DNA of 62,409 nucleotides from a virus (taxonomy: Duplodnaviria; Caudoviricetes), in the IMG/VR virus record IMGVR_UViG_3300001533_000597, positions 1 through 62,409 of that record; one strand, 5' to 3'. The notes beneath the pieces were generated by a model. That model was not told the origin of the DNA, did not search any database, and was given only the letters and a program-made list of their open reading frames with translations. This document shows, in pieces, positions 9,411-19,763 of this stretch (positions are counted from its first letter, which is position 1; every line of letters begins with the position of its first letter). A program made the position numbers and the translations under genes.

Positions 9411-9584
9411 ATGATAAAAAATATAGATAAATCCCTTGATTTAGCATATGAAATAGCTAGAGATATATTCAATAGTCATTGCGAAGATAGATGGGACGAT
9501 ATGGGTGATAAAGAAACTATTCTGTTATCTACTCAGCAAGAATTAGTTAGTTCTATTCACCATATTTTATTAGCAAATTTATAA
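9411..9584 (+). CDS. Small hypothetical protein (57 aa)
   Basis: Open frame MIKNIDKSLDLAYEIARD..., TAATG overlap with the next gene. Confidence 0.45.
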   Translation: MIKNIDKSLDLAYEIARDIFNSHCEDRWDDMGDKETILLSTQQELVSSIHHILLANL

Positions 9585-10309
9585 TGAAACCATCACTATT
9601 ATTTCTTTGTGGATGTTCAGTTCGTTGCGGTAGTACCCTTATTCAACGTATATTAAATAGTCATCCCGAAATTTTAATTTACGGAGAAGACAATAACACA
9701 TTAAGTTTGGGCTCCAATATTTTTCATAGTTTTGAAGCCTCCAAGGATATATCCAACGAACAAAATGAGAAATTTAAGCAAGGGGAAGATTGGTGGCAGG
9801 CGAACTTGGCTGTCAACGGTAAGATATTTTTGAGGGCCTACACAAATTATTTAAGCCACCTTATTCTTTCCGAAGAGAGGGCTAAGTTAGTAGGTAAAAG
9901 TGTACAAGATATGTCTTATGTAGGCAACAAGGTTTTATTCGTGTTGCCCCACTCCATTAAGTTTATCAAAGAATTGATTCCTTCTTGCAAAATTATTTAT
10001 GTAGTACGAAACTTTGGTGATGTTTTACGGTCATATACTAGACAATCCTGGAGCACTCGAACTCCTCAACAAATTTTTGATTGGTGGTTTAATTCCGTAA
10101 AATGTTTAGAAGAAGCTAGAGATTATATTGATATCATAGTAGATTATGATAAATTAATACAACAAGATATTTCTGCCTTTATTACTAGTTTAGAATCTAC
10201 TTTACATCTTCAATTTGATATGGATAAAGTATATGATATATTGCATAAGAAAATTGCTTATGCTTCCGATGAATTATTACCAGAGCGGGTGTGGTCTAAA
10301 TACTTTTAG
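9584..10309 (+). CDS. PAPS-dependent sulfotransferase
   Basis: 5'-PSB loop RCGSTLIQRILNSHPEI; 3'-PB motif IIYVVRN..DV..S. Confidence 0.8.
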   Translation: MKPSLLFLCGCSVRCGSTLIQRILNSHPEILIYGEDNNTLSLGSNIFHSFEASKDISNEQNEKFKQGEDWWQANLAVNGKIFLRAYTNYLSHLILSEERAKLVGKSVQDMSYVGNKVLFVLPHSIKFIKELIPSCKIIYVVRNFGDVLRSYTRQSWSTRTPQQIFDWWFNSVKCLEEARDYIDIIVDYDKLIQQDISAFITSLESTLHLQFDMDKVYDILHKKIAYASDELLPERVWSKYF

Positions 10310-10359
10310 ACTGGACTCTCGCCACAAACGTCTTATAAATCTCTAGAGGAGGATTTTTT

Positions 10360-11373
10360 GTGATTCGAGTTTTAATTACCGGCGGTAATGGCTTTGTTGG
10401 CCACCATATCATTGAGCATTTACTAAAAAATACAAATTGGCGCATTATTACTTTAGACCGTTTATCATATCCTAGCAATAATGGTTATGATAAATTACGG
10501 AATATTGAAGTATATGACAATATAAGGGTAAGTAAATTTCAATGTGATTTACGATATCCAATTAATGATGGAGTAAGATTGGAAATTGGCCATATTGACT
10601 ATATCTTACATGTAGCAGCCGATAGTCATGTTGATGATAGCATTAAGAAACCCGTTACATTTGTACAAAACAATATTAATTCTATTTTAACTATATTAGA
10701 ATATGCACGTAAATTAAAATATTTGAAGAAATTTTTATATTTTTCTACGGACGAAGTTTTTGGAACGGCCCCAGATAAACTTAATTATAAAGAAGGGGAT
10801 AGATTTAATCCTAGTAATCCATATAGTGCAAGCAAGGCAGCGGCCGAATGTATATGTATGGCATATGCAAATACATACAAATTACCAATAGTTATTTCAA
10901 ATAGTATGAATATTTTAGGAGAACGACAACATCCAGATAAGTTTTTACCTAAAATTATAAATAGTATTTTGGACCAAGACATACTATTTATTCATAGTAA
11001 TCAAGATAAGACCGAAGCTGGTCAACGTCACTATATTCATGCCCGCAATGTAGCTGATGCGATATTATTTATTTTAACGAAAACTACTGAGTTATTATCA
11101 GCCAATGATGCTTCTCAAGGTAAATTTAATATAGTTGGTGAAAAAGAATTCGATAATTTAGAATTAGCACAATTTGTAGCAAAGTATATGGAGCTTCCAC
11201 TTTATTACGAAATGGTAGATTTTCATTCTAGTCGTCCGGGCCATGATTTAAGATATGGTCTTGATGGGTCTAAATTAAGAGAATATGGTTGGAAACCTCC
11301 AGTTGATATAGCATCAAGCATTAAACGGATTGTAGACTGGTCACTTGATAATCCCAAATGGTTAGGAAGATAA
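10360..11373 (+). CDS. rfbB: dTDP-glucose 4,6-dehydratase (extended SDR)
   Basis: TGGNGFVG, AADSHVD.SI, STDEVFG, YSASK, RPGHDLRY; GAGGAGG SD. Confidence 0.88.
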   Translation: MIRVLITGGNGFVGHHIIEHLLKNTNWRIITLDRLSYPSNNGYDKLRNIEVYDNIRVSKFQCDLRYPINDGVRLEIGHIDYILHVAADSHVDDSIKKPVTFVQNNINSILTILEYARKLKYLKKFLYFSTDEVFGTAPDKLNYKEGDRFNPSNPYSASKAAAECICMAYANTYKLPIVISNSMNILGERQHPDKFLPKIINSILDQDILFIHSNQDKTEAGQRHYIHARNVADAILFILTKTTELLSANDASQGKFNIVGEKEFDNLELAQFVAKYMELPLYYEMVDFHSSRPGHDLRYGLDGSKLREYGWKPPVDIASSIKRIVDWSLDNPKWLGR

Positions 11374-13339
11374 ATGTATTACTTTGCAAGATTGAATCGC
11401 CCAAATACTAAGAGTGTTATAACGATAGAATTACCATTTGGTATGACAAAGGAGTGTGCTCTGGACTGGTTGGAAGATAACTATCCGGGTTGGGTAGTAG
11501 TTATCTTGTCTGTGGATAATCCCGATGACTCTGATGGTGTAATGGCTGGAGTATTATAAAATGGCTAAATATTATAAAAAGAAACGTCCGTCTTTGACTT
11601 GTAGGCGATGTAATAAAACAAGTTGGGCCACCCGCCTAATTAGTGATTATGGGGCCCTAAAAGTTTGTGCAAATTGTGGACGAATTTTGAAAAGAACAAA
11701 TGTGGAACACTAATTATCATGGTCGTATCAATCGTTTGGCCTTATTTTTAAGACCAATTCTCCTTCCCCTACGTTTTCTTTCCTTTTTAACTATTGGTGT
11801 TGAAATTTGTCCAAATTGTGGATATCTCTTTAATGATGATGTTACAGAACAATCGGGATTTAGAGGTTATTACCAATGTAAAAGATGTAAACATATATAT
11901 TTTCCGTTTAGAATGGAGTAAATTATGTGGGTGTTAAGGGGTGTCATTGAAGCTCATTATCCTAATGAGGCTGACCATGAAAAATCATTGGCTTTATTTT
12001 CGACAGAACAAAAGGGGCTTCAATATATCAAAGAGTCCAAATTAAATACTTATCAAACCGTATGTCGTCGTGGCCAATGCGGACAACAATTTAAGAAAAA
12101 AAGTCTATTATATGGGTATTGTGGTGGATATATAGAACCCTATCCTTATGATTATTTAATAGTTGACCCAGTATTATGAATTATATTATGGTCTGGTTCA
12201 ATAATTGCAAGTTTAGTTTTTTTATCTAGCAGAAAGAAGATATGAAGATGGTTCAATATTTAAGATTAGTGGACGGTTCAGATGTTATCGCTAAAATAGA
12301 AAAAAAACAAGGTTCGATAAGTCTCATTAAACCAGTCCGACTAGGCTTGATTCCTACTCCACAAGGTATGAATATACTGATGGAGCCGTTAAATCTTTTT
12401 GGTGTTAATACAATGCATCAAATAGATGTACCATATGAACACATTTTATTTATGGACGAACCAAATCTAGATATCTTAAATTCGTACAATCAAAAGTATG
12501 GTTCTGGAATTGTACAGGCCACCAATTTGGAGTTAAATATATGAACCTAATGGAAAGATTACGTCAGACTATAGTTTCTAATGAATATAAGCTATTAGAA
12601 CGGAGATACCAAAATCTTCTAGAATATACACATAAATTAGAAGAGCAAAATAAACAATTATCTGAAGATTATAGCAAATTACTCGGCGAGTTTATTGAAC
12701 AATATAATACGGCCCAAAAGGCTTTTAAAACATTTTTAGAGAAACATGAATCATAAAACATATATGATAGAATTATATAATAGACTACTTGAAGATTTAG
12801 ATAAGAAGTATTTTGGAGATATACCATTATGTACATCGGTCGAAGAGGTTGTATATATGTTGGCCGGTTGGTGTTATGATAATGGTATAGAGTTTAATGA
12901 GGATGGGTGGAAATTATTAGACGAAATCTATCTACGTTTTGGCTCTTCTATACGCTTGGCGGTTTTACATCATTTATTTCATAGGAATCATGATACATGA
13001 GTAAAGGCAGTACACCTCGCCCACGGCTGGTTTCATATCAAGAATATAGTCGTAATTGGGACCGGGCTTTTAAGCAAGATAAGAAGAATAAGCAGACAAG
13101 ACTAGTGAAAAACAATGATAATACAAAATCAATATAAAATTTTACCACATTTACAATTTGACCATAATGCGCTACAATCATGTACTGTTGATGAAAGCGG
13201 CGTTCAACTAAATTGGCAAAATCAGGATTTTATACCGAACAGACTAACTTTTGAACAAGTTCAAGAATTATCAGAATTGTGTGATATCATACTACAGCAT
13301 AGTAATGTTGTTACTCAAACATTGGCGGATAGAGTATGA
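11374..13339 (+). other. Array of about nine small hypothetical ORFs, several Zn-ribbon (11561-11713, 11700-11921), an Sm-like protein (12242-12544) and a 46-aa SKGSTPRP...NWDRAF protein (12997-13137)
   Basis: Tightly abutting + strand ORFs; CxxC pairs; typical large-phage accessory array. Confidence 0.5.
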
Positions 13340-13821
13340 TTTCTGGAGATATTATTTTAACACGCAATGCCGAGTATATAGGTAATAGTAGCCCTGGTTA
13401 TTGGAATCATGCGGCCATCAGTTGCGGGTCTTATGTTGTTGAGGCCCAAGAAGAACCTAACGCCGTGATAGCCGTCAAGCCCAATTATTTTTTGGCCCGC
13501 TATCCCGAATACGTTATATTACGTTATCCTGATATTCAAGTGGCCTATTATGCCGCCAAGGCCGGCTATAGTCTAGTTGGCACACCCTACCGCAAGATAT
13601 CATCCCTATTTTTCTTTCTGCGTAAATCTCAACGTGGAGAAAATTGTGTGAGCATTGTACGTAAGGCTTGGAAGGTTGCATTAGGACGAGACCCTCGTTG
13701 GCGTATTCCCGATGATATTTATAGGGAGGTGGGATATGGGCGTTTTTATCAAATAGACCATCATAAAGATTATGATAACTGGGTACAACCAAAAGAATGG
13801 TTTGGAGGAAGATTAGCATGA
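13336..13821 (+). CDS. Permuted papain-like NlpC/P60 (YiiX/YebB-type) amidase
   Basis: GDIIL, WNHAAI (His) preceding ENCVSIV (Cys); LVGTPY. Confidence 0.75.
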   Translation: MISGDIILTRNAEYIGNSSPGYWNHAAISCGSYVVEAQEEPNAVIAVKPNYFLARYPEYVILRYPDIQVAYYAAKAGYSLVGTPYRKISSLFFFLRKSQRGENCVSIVRKAWKVALGRDPRWRIPDDIYREVGYGRFYQIDHHKDYDNWVQPKEWFGGRLA

Positions 13822-14086
13822 GTTGGCCTAAATGGAAATATACTAGCAAAATATGTTGTGTAGAATGTCATAGAGTTTATAATATTCTATGTATTGATTT
13901 AGATTGTTATTGTCCAAATTGTTATGAAAATAAAAAAATGTGAATGTCGTTTACATTACATACCAATGAGATGGATTAGCACATCAAGATGGTATGTGCC
14001 GTGGACTTGGTTTACGGGATATTGGAAAGATAAATATGGCAATATATTTTGGGCTTCTTACACTACTCCTCAATATAGGAAATTAT

Positions 14087-14359
14087 ATGAAAATTAGTCA
14101 ACAAATTGTAAATTACTTAAATATGCTGATAGCATATGATAATCAAGCAATTCAAGACTTAATAGATGCTAGAGTCAACTGTAATGTCTTACTAGCCAAT
14201 CATGCAACATGTCAGGTAAGAATTAACCCAAAATATAATGTAGGTATTTTGGGTGTTTTAAATGGATTATGCGAGCATCACGGAGAATGTCGTGGAGCTA
14301 TTATAGCTATGTATGAAGATGGACGGTTGATAGGATTTAAAGTACAAGAAGATAGTTGA
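14087..14359 (+). CDS. Phage hypothetical protein
   Basis: AGGA SD; LANHATCQV, VGILGVLNGL. Confidence 0.55.
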   Translation: MKISQQIVNYLNMLIAYDNQAIQDLIDARVNCNVLLANHATCQVRINPKYNVGILGVLNGLCEHHGECRGAIIAMYEDGRLIGFKVQEDS

Positions 14360-14721
14360 CAACGATGCCAAAGGGAAAAAAGAAATGTCCGTGTGGACTT
14401 GAATGGGGAGCACGCAAGAAACAATGTACTTGTGGATATGATTTTACAAAACAAAAACAAAATATTCCCGAAGATGAATTAATTGCAGTGGGCGAATGGG
14501 TGTATGATATAGATAAGGGAGCCCACAAAATAAAGAGACCCGGTCCACTACCACCAATGATTGATATAACGTATTTACGAGAGTATATCACGTATTATGG
14601 GCTGGGAGACGCAATATATGCTTTTGTACCTCCAGAAAAACTAAAAGATAAGAAATTGAAGGATTTGTGGACGCGAGCGAGCGAGGCTATGAGGGCAATA
14701 CACAAATATGTCTACGACTAA
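14356..14721 (+). CDS. Zn-ribbon hypothetical protein
   Basis: PKGKKKCPCG...CTCGYDF. Confidence 0.6.
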   Translation: MTTMPKGKKKCPCGLEWGARKKQCTCGYDFTKQKQNIPEDELIAVGEWVYDIDKGAHKIKRPGPLPPMIDITYLREYITYYGLGDAIYAFVPPEKLKDKKLKDLWTRASEAMRAIHKYVYD

Positions 14722-15208
14722 TACTATTTTAGATGATGAGTTAAAACATCAACGACAATTGGTGCGTCATATACAAAATGTGCAAAATAGTTGTATATTA
14801 TTAGCTGAAAAATTAGCTGAGGATGAGGGGAACAAGAGAATGGCCCGTCATCTAATCGCTAATGCTATGATTCACGATAATAGTAAGTTTTTCGGAATAG
14901 AATGGAAATACTTACGCGAAGAAATAAAAAAGAATGGTAGTTCCCATTTATTTGAGGCCGCTGTTCAATCCCATCAAGAAAATAATATGCATCATCCAGA
15001 ATTTTGGGGTGGTATTCATAATATGCCAGATATTTATTTGGCAGAATTGGTTTGTGATATTAAGGCAAGGTCAGATGAATTTGGAACGGATATACGTAAT
15101 TGGGTAAAAGAAGTAGCATCCAAAAAATATGGATTTTCTTTACAGAGTAAAACATATCGCAAAATTAAGCATTTTTTAGATTTATTACTAGATTCTGCCT
15201 ACTCTTAG
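14708..15208 (+). CDS. HD-superfamily (DUF5662-like) protein
   Basis: RHIQNV, IHDNSKF, H...N.HHPEFW, ELVCD. Confidence 0.7.
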   Translation: MSTTNTILDDELKHQRQLVRHIQNVQNSCILLAEKLAEDEGNKRMARHLIANAMIHDNSKFFGIEWKYLREEIKKNGSSHLFEAAVQSHQENNMHHPEFWGGIHNMPDIYLAELVCDIKARSDEFGTDIRNWVKEVASKKYGFSLQSKTYRKIKHFLDLLLDSAYS

Positions 15209-15241
15209 TGTCCACTTAAATTCTTTCCAAAACTCATAAAG

Positions 15242-15251
15242 GGTGTATAAT
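15242..15251 (+). promoter_or_regulatory. GGTGTATAAT putative phage promoter element
   Basis: Intergenic; near-identical copies at 37189, 42853, 62164 and 8904. Confidence 0.55.
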
Positions 15252-15294
15252 AATATGGGAATAACACACACTATGAGGTGATGAGGCAGATAAT

Positions 15295-17637
15295 ATGTTC
15301 AAAAAGATACTAATCAGTTTAATTTTACTGGTATTTTCTTGTGGTTTGGTAGGTGCATCACCTGTTCCATTAGACATTCCACTAGAGGCTACCTGTAGAA
15401 TTTCCGCCGGCCGCAATATGGGTAGCGGTACAGTTATTCAGTTCAAAGATGGATATTATTATGTTTTGACCAATGCTCATGTTGTTGGTGATACCAAGTC
15501 TGTAAAGTTAGAATTTTTCAAGGATGGTGCTAAAACCCACCCTATACCTGGAAGTGTTGTATGGGCTAGGCGTAGTAATAGGACACCTATAGATTTTGCT
15601 ATCATTACTGTTAAGGATGATTATTTTGGTAACTATCCTCCATCTATTATACCATTAGTACCAGCTAATTATACATTAGGTAAGATGGATTATGTAGTAT
15701 CGAGTGGTTGTCCATCAGGTACGTGGGCTGTAGTTTGGGAGGGGTTTGTAGTAGATAGTTCTAAAGACAAAGTGTTATTTCATCCCCCTCCTGTTGGTGG
15801 ACAAAGTGGCAGTGGGTTATTTTGCCTTTATAAAAACGGAGATAAATTAGAATTTAGAACGGCTGCTGTTGTTACATGGCGTTTAATTAGACCAGACCAT
15901 GCTAAAGATAGTAAGGGTTTTGAGATAGCCAAAGGTGGTGCTATTCCAATACAACAGTTATATCATGCATTAAATGGAAAAGGCTCTTCTACTGAAATAC
16001 CTAGCTATTATGAGGAGATTGCTACTAGAACCCAGTGGGCATTTGCATCAGATGGTAAATGTTATCCAGTTGAATATTTACCTAATGGTATTACAGAATG
16101 TACAGTACCATCTGGAGTATCTATTCTAGATTGGAATGTTGATACTTCTGATTTAGCTGGATTACGTGATAGGTTATTTCCACCTAAAGATGGACCACGA
16201 CAACAACCACCATCACCACAATCACCTAATGAGTTACCAGAACCAACGCCTCCTCCTAATTCTCCATATGATATTCCTAACATACCAGATGCTCCAAAAG
16301 ATACTGAAAAGGAAGATTTAAGAAATCAGATAGAGAATTTAGAACAACAAAAACAAGAATTATTACAAAATATTGAAGCATATCAAAATAATGTGAAGGC
16401 TTTAGAGCAAGAAAAGGAACAACTAAGAGAATTATTACAATCAATACAAAGTAAAGTTGATTTACTACAAGACAAGGTAGAAGAGGCTAATCAGAAGGTC
16501 GAAGCAGCTAAATTAAAATCTACTAATCAATTAAAGCAGACCCAATTTGAAGCCCAAAAACTTAAAGATGAGCTTGACGCTTCACAAACTCAACTTATAA
16601 ACTTAAGAGGGCAGATAGACCAAAAGAGTAGTCAGATAATAGATTTACAGGCAAACCTACATAATAGTCAAACTGAGTTAGAGCAATTGACTACTCAAGA
16701 AATTCAAAACAGCGAAAAAATTAGTAATGTAGAAGAACAACGTAATTGGTTGGGTGGTATAGCATCTATATTGGGATTAGGTGGTCTATCCCTATTGGGA
16801 TATAAACTTTTCAAAAAGGCTCGACCATCTATTAAAAAGGGGATGGATATCATAGAGGATGGTGTACAAGAGGCGGCAACCCCATTATTGGGTGAGGATG
16901 TTGTAGCTAAACTTAGAACCTGGATAGACGATTTAGAAACAACGATTGGTGATGTAATAGAAAAGAAGTTGGGCAATTCTCAAGTGGCTGATGAGACACC
17001 AAAAGAGCCTATAGTAGAGGATAAACCAACTCCTCCTGTGTTGCCACCAATTCAGGATAAGATACCAATAGATATAAGGCCAAATGAAGGTATTACTAGT
17101 AATGATTTACAAAAAATGCTGAATGAACTAGAATCAAAATTAGAACAAAAGATAGACACTAAGATTCCAAAATTACCAGAAATACCAGAAAAAGAAGTAG
17201 AGGTAGCAACACCTAATAAGGATTTGCAACCTAATAAAACATTAGTATCCTATGCACGGGAGTTGTTTACTCTAAAGGCATCTGAAGGTGAAAGTATACA
17301 AGACTGGGCTGCATTTGCTACATTATATAGGGAGGCCACTAAACAATTACGGCAGGGTCAACTATATTTCTCTGATGGTTCGAGCCTTCAGGGGCAAAAG
17401 AAAACAGCCGATGCCATTGATGATTGGGTATCTAGTGAGTTTTTCACTAGAACTTCAAAGCAAGACTTAGTTGGTGATAAATTATATTGTGAGGCAATGA
17501 TTGGATTTCTTTATAAGGAAGCAGTAGAAAATCTGCGAATGGGAAAATTCAATCTATTAGGCGCACAAGCGACGGCCGACGCTATTGATAAATGGGTGCG
17601 CCAAGAATTTTTACGGAGACGGGGTATTAGAGTATAA
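15295..17637 (+). CDS. Membrane-anchored trypsin-like serine protease with Pro-rich linker, coiled coil, TM helix and duplicated C-terminal domain
   Basis: Signal peptide; triad motifs TNAHV, IDFAI, GQSGSG; Q/E/L heptads; WLGGIASILGLGGLSLLGY TM. Confidence 0.8.
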   Translation: MFKKILISLILLVFSCGLVGASPVPLDIPLEATCRISAGRNMGSGTVIQFKDGYYYVLTNAHVVGDTKSVKLEFFKDGAKTHPIPGSVVWARRSNRTPIDFAIITVKDDYFGNYPPSIIPLVPANYTLGKMDYVVSSGCPSGTWAVVWEGFVVDSSKDKVLFHPPPVGGQSGSGLFCLYKNGDKLEFRTAAVVTWRLIRPDHAKDSKGFEIAKGGAIPIQQLYHALNGKGSSTEIPSYYEEIATRTQWAFASDGKCYPVEYLPNGITECTVPSGVSILDWNVDTSDLAGLRDRLFPPKDGPRQQPPSPQSPNELPEPTPPPNSPYDIPNIPDAPKDTEKEDLRNQIENLEQQKQELLQNIEAYQNNVKALEQEKEQLRELLQSIQSKVDLLQDKVEEANQKVEAAKLKSTNQLKQTQFEAQKLKDELDASQTQLINLRGQIDQKSSQIIDLQANLHNSQTELEQLTTQEIQNSEKISNVEEQRNWLGGIASILGLGGLSLLGYKLFKKARPSIKKGMDIIEDGVQEAATPLLGEDVVAKLRTWIDDLETTIGDVIEKKLGNSQVADETPKEPIVEDKPTPPVLPPIQDKIPIDIRPNEGITSNDLQKMLNELESKLEQKIDTKIPKLPEIPEKEVEVATPNKDLQPNKTLVSYARELFTLKASEGESIQDWAAFATLYREATKQLRQGQLYFSDGSSLQGQKKTADAIDDWVSSEFFTRTSKQDLVGDKLYCEAMIGFLYKEAVENLRMGKFNLLGAQATADAIDKWVRQEFLRRRGIRV

Positions 17638-17676
17638 CCCCGTAGGTAAGTACTTACACGTTTTAGAAAGGTTACA

Positions 17677-18327
17677 ATGTCTAATAACACATTCAAGGGA
17701 GCTAACACAAGTTTTCCTAATACTGGGATTCACTTCTTGTTAGCAGAAATTGTTAAGTTTCGTAAGCAACTAACAGTTCGTAGTGAGTTACGAAGCCAAA
17801 GCGGTTGGGATAATTCCCTCAACAACTATATGGTTGCAGAGCTAGAAAAACTACGTGATACTATTGAAAATATCGCATATAATCCCGATAACATTACTCA
17901 AGAGGAGTTAGAAAGTCAGGCTAGCGATACCACACGTAGTCTCGCCGATGACTATAATGCTCGAGCATTGGCATCAGATAATGTTCTAATGCCCGTCGGT
18001 GTTGTGTATGATGTTGTATGGGATTTAACGGGTGCGAACTCTGACCTTCCCCAAATGACTCCTGACAACTGCCCCAATGACGTTTTCCGCAGCTTTATTA
18101 CGCTGTTAGACCGTCTATTTGTTGAGTCAACTCGTTTAGATAGTCGTTTCCAGGCAACCCATATTACCAAGTATGAGGCCGTAATGTTGGTTAGCTTGAT
18201 AAATCAGCTTTACACTCTATGCCAACGAAAGGGCGGAGAAGCTAATAAGAGCGATACTCCTCAAGGTACGCTTCCTTCTCAAGAACCCCTAACATTTATG
18301 GGTAAAGACGCTAAGAATTCAGAGTAA
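17677..18327 (+). CDS. Hypothetical protein, possibly virion-associated
   Basis: AAGG SD; 216-aa ORF followed by a terminator; no family recognised. Confidence 0.65.
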   Translation: MSNNTFKGANTSFPNTGIHFLLAEIVKFRKQLTVRSELRSQSGWDNSLNNYMVAELEKLRDTIENIAYNPDNITQEELESQASDTTRSLADDYNARALASDNVLMPVGVVYDVVWDLTGANSDLPQMTPDNCPNDVFRSFITLLDRLFVESTRLDSRFQATHITKYEAVMLVSLINQLYTLCQRKGGEANKSDTPQGTLPSQEPLTFMGKDAKNSE

Positions 18328-18347
18328 GATTAACCCTCACTAAATAT

Positions 18348-18385
18348 AGGGGTGGTTCGTTAATAGCGACCACCCCTTATTTATT
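18348..18385 (+). terminator. Intrinsic terminator-like hairpin
   Basis: AGGGGTGGT (18348-56) pairs with ACCACCCCT (18369-77); T-rich tail. Confidence 0.7.
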
Positions 18386-18388
18386 ATT

Positions 18389-19750
18389 ATGAATCAAAAA
18401 CATGGTTTAAAAAAACAATATCCTTCTGAGTATAATCTTTGGAGGGATATTAAAAAGCGTGCTTCCGTTAGTGATGATTGGAAAAATAACTTCCCAAATT
18501 TCCTAAATGATATACAGCAATTAGGTTATCAAAAGGGATTAAATTGTATTAGAATTGATGATACATTAGAGTTTAGTAAGGATAATTGTCAATTTGTAAG
18601 TAGGGCAGAACTTAGTCGATTGGTTAAGAATAAATATGGTTCTTCGATATCAGACAAAAGAAAACAAACATGCTTGAAACGCTATGGTTATGAACATCCT
18701 AGCCAATCTCCAACCATTAAACAAAAGGTCAAAAATACGTGCTTAAAAAACTATGGAGTACCATATGGTGTAAATAAGCCAGATTCCTTAAACAAAGCAC
18801 TTAAAGCAAAAGAAGAATTAGGATTAATTACCTTATACGATGGTAAAACCTATGCCCAAATTCATCGAGAAAATCAAACCAATAAAGCATATTCAACTTT
18901 TATTCGACAAAAGAATAAATGGGGCTTAGAATATGCGTTAAGTAAAGCAAAATGGATGAGTAATTTACCGTCAACTGTTACTATATGGTTAGATAATATT
19001 GGCATAGTATATCAAACTGAATTTTGTGTTGGTGATGAGGCGGGCCGCGCAAATAATTATTACGCCGACATATATTGTCCCGACCACAAACTCATTATAG
19101 AATGTGATGGATTATATTGGCATAGTGATGCCATATTAGATAATAAATATCATATCAAAAAACGACAACAATATACCGAATATGGATATACGCCACTATT
19201 TTTTAGAGAAGACGAGCTACAACACAAAATAGAAATAGTCAAGTCAATAATTTTGGCTAGGTGCGGCTTACTCACTAATAAATGTTTCGCCCGCCAAACC
19301 ACGCTAAAAACCGTAGGTAAACAAGAGGCCCGCCAATTTTTTGAGGATAACCATTTAATGGGAGGTGTAGGTCAAGGAGGCCGCTCTATTGGGCTATTTT
19401 ACAATAACAACCTTCTTTCCTGCCTAAGATATAAAAAGAAATATGACGGATGGGAAATAGATAGGTTTTGTAATAGGATAGGCTGGAGTATCGTAGGTGG
19501 TCTATCTCGCCTTATAAAACAATTAGGAGATAAAACAATTACAAGTTTTGTAGACTTAAGATATGGCAATGGCCATTCGTTATCAAAAATAGGATTTGAA
19601 TTAGTAAGTACGTATGCATCTTTTCGATGGTGTGATAGAAAACAAACATTCCATAGATATAAATTTCCACGTAATACAGGATATGATAAGGGACTTTGGA
19701 AAATATGGGACTGCGGACAAGCAAAGTTTATTCGACCACGGCTTAAGTAG
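18389..19750 (+). CDS. Free-standing Hef/Vsr-like homing endonuclease
   Basis: KQTCLKRYG/KNTCLKNYG repeats; ADIY, IIECDGLYWH, FREDE; C-terminal IDRFC, GGLSRL, VDLRYG, IWDCGQ. Confidence 0.75.
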   Translation: MNQKHGLKKQYPSEYNLWRDIKKRASVSDDWKNNFPNFLNDIQQLGYQKGLNCIRIDDTLEFSKDNCQFVSRAELSRLVKNKYGSSISDKRKQTCLKRYGYEHPSQSPTIKQKVKNTCLKNYGVPYGVNKPDSLNKALKAKEELGLITLYDGKTYAQIHRENQTNKAYSTFIRQKNKWGLEYALSKAKWMSNLPSTVTIWLDNIGIVYQTEFCVGDEAGRANNYYADIYCPDHKLIIECDGLYWHSDAILDNKYHIKKRQQYTEYGYTPLFFREDELQHKIEIVKSIILARCGLLTNKCFARQTTLKTVGKQEARQFFEDNHLMGGVGQGGRSIGLFYNNNLLSCLRYKKKYDGWEIDRFCNRIGWSIVGGLSRLIKQLGDKTITSFVDLRYGNGHSLSKIGFELVSTYASFRWCDRKQTFHRYKFPRNTGYDKGLWKIWDCGQAKFIRPRLK

Positions 19751-19763
19751 GACAAGATATATA

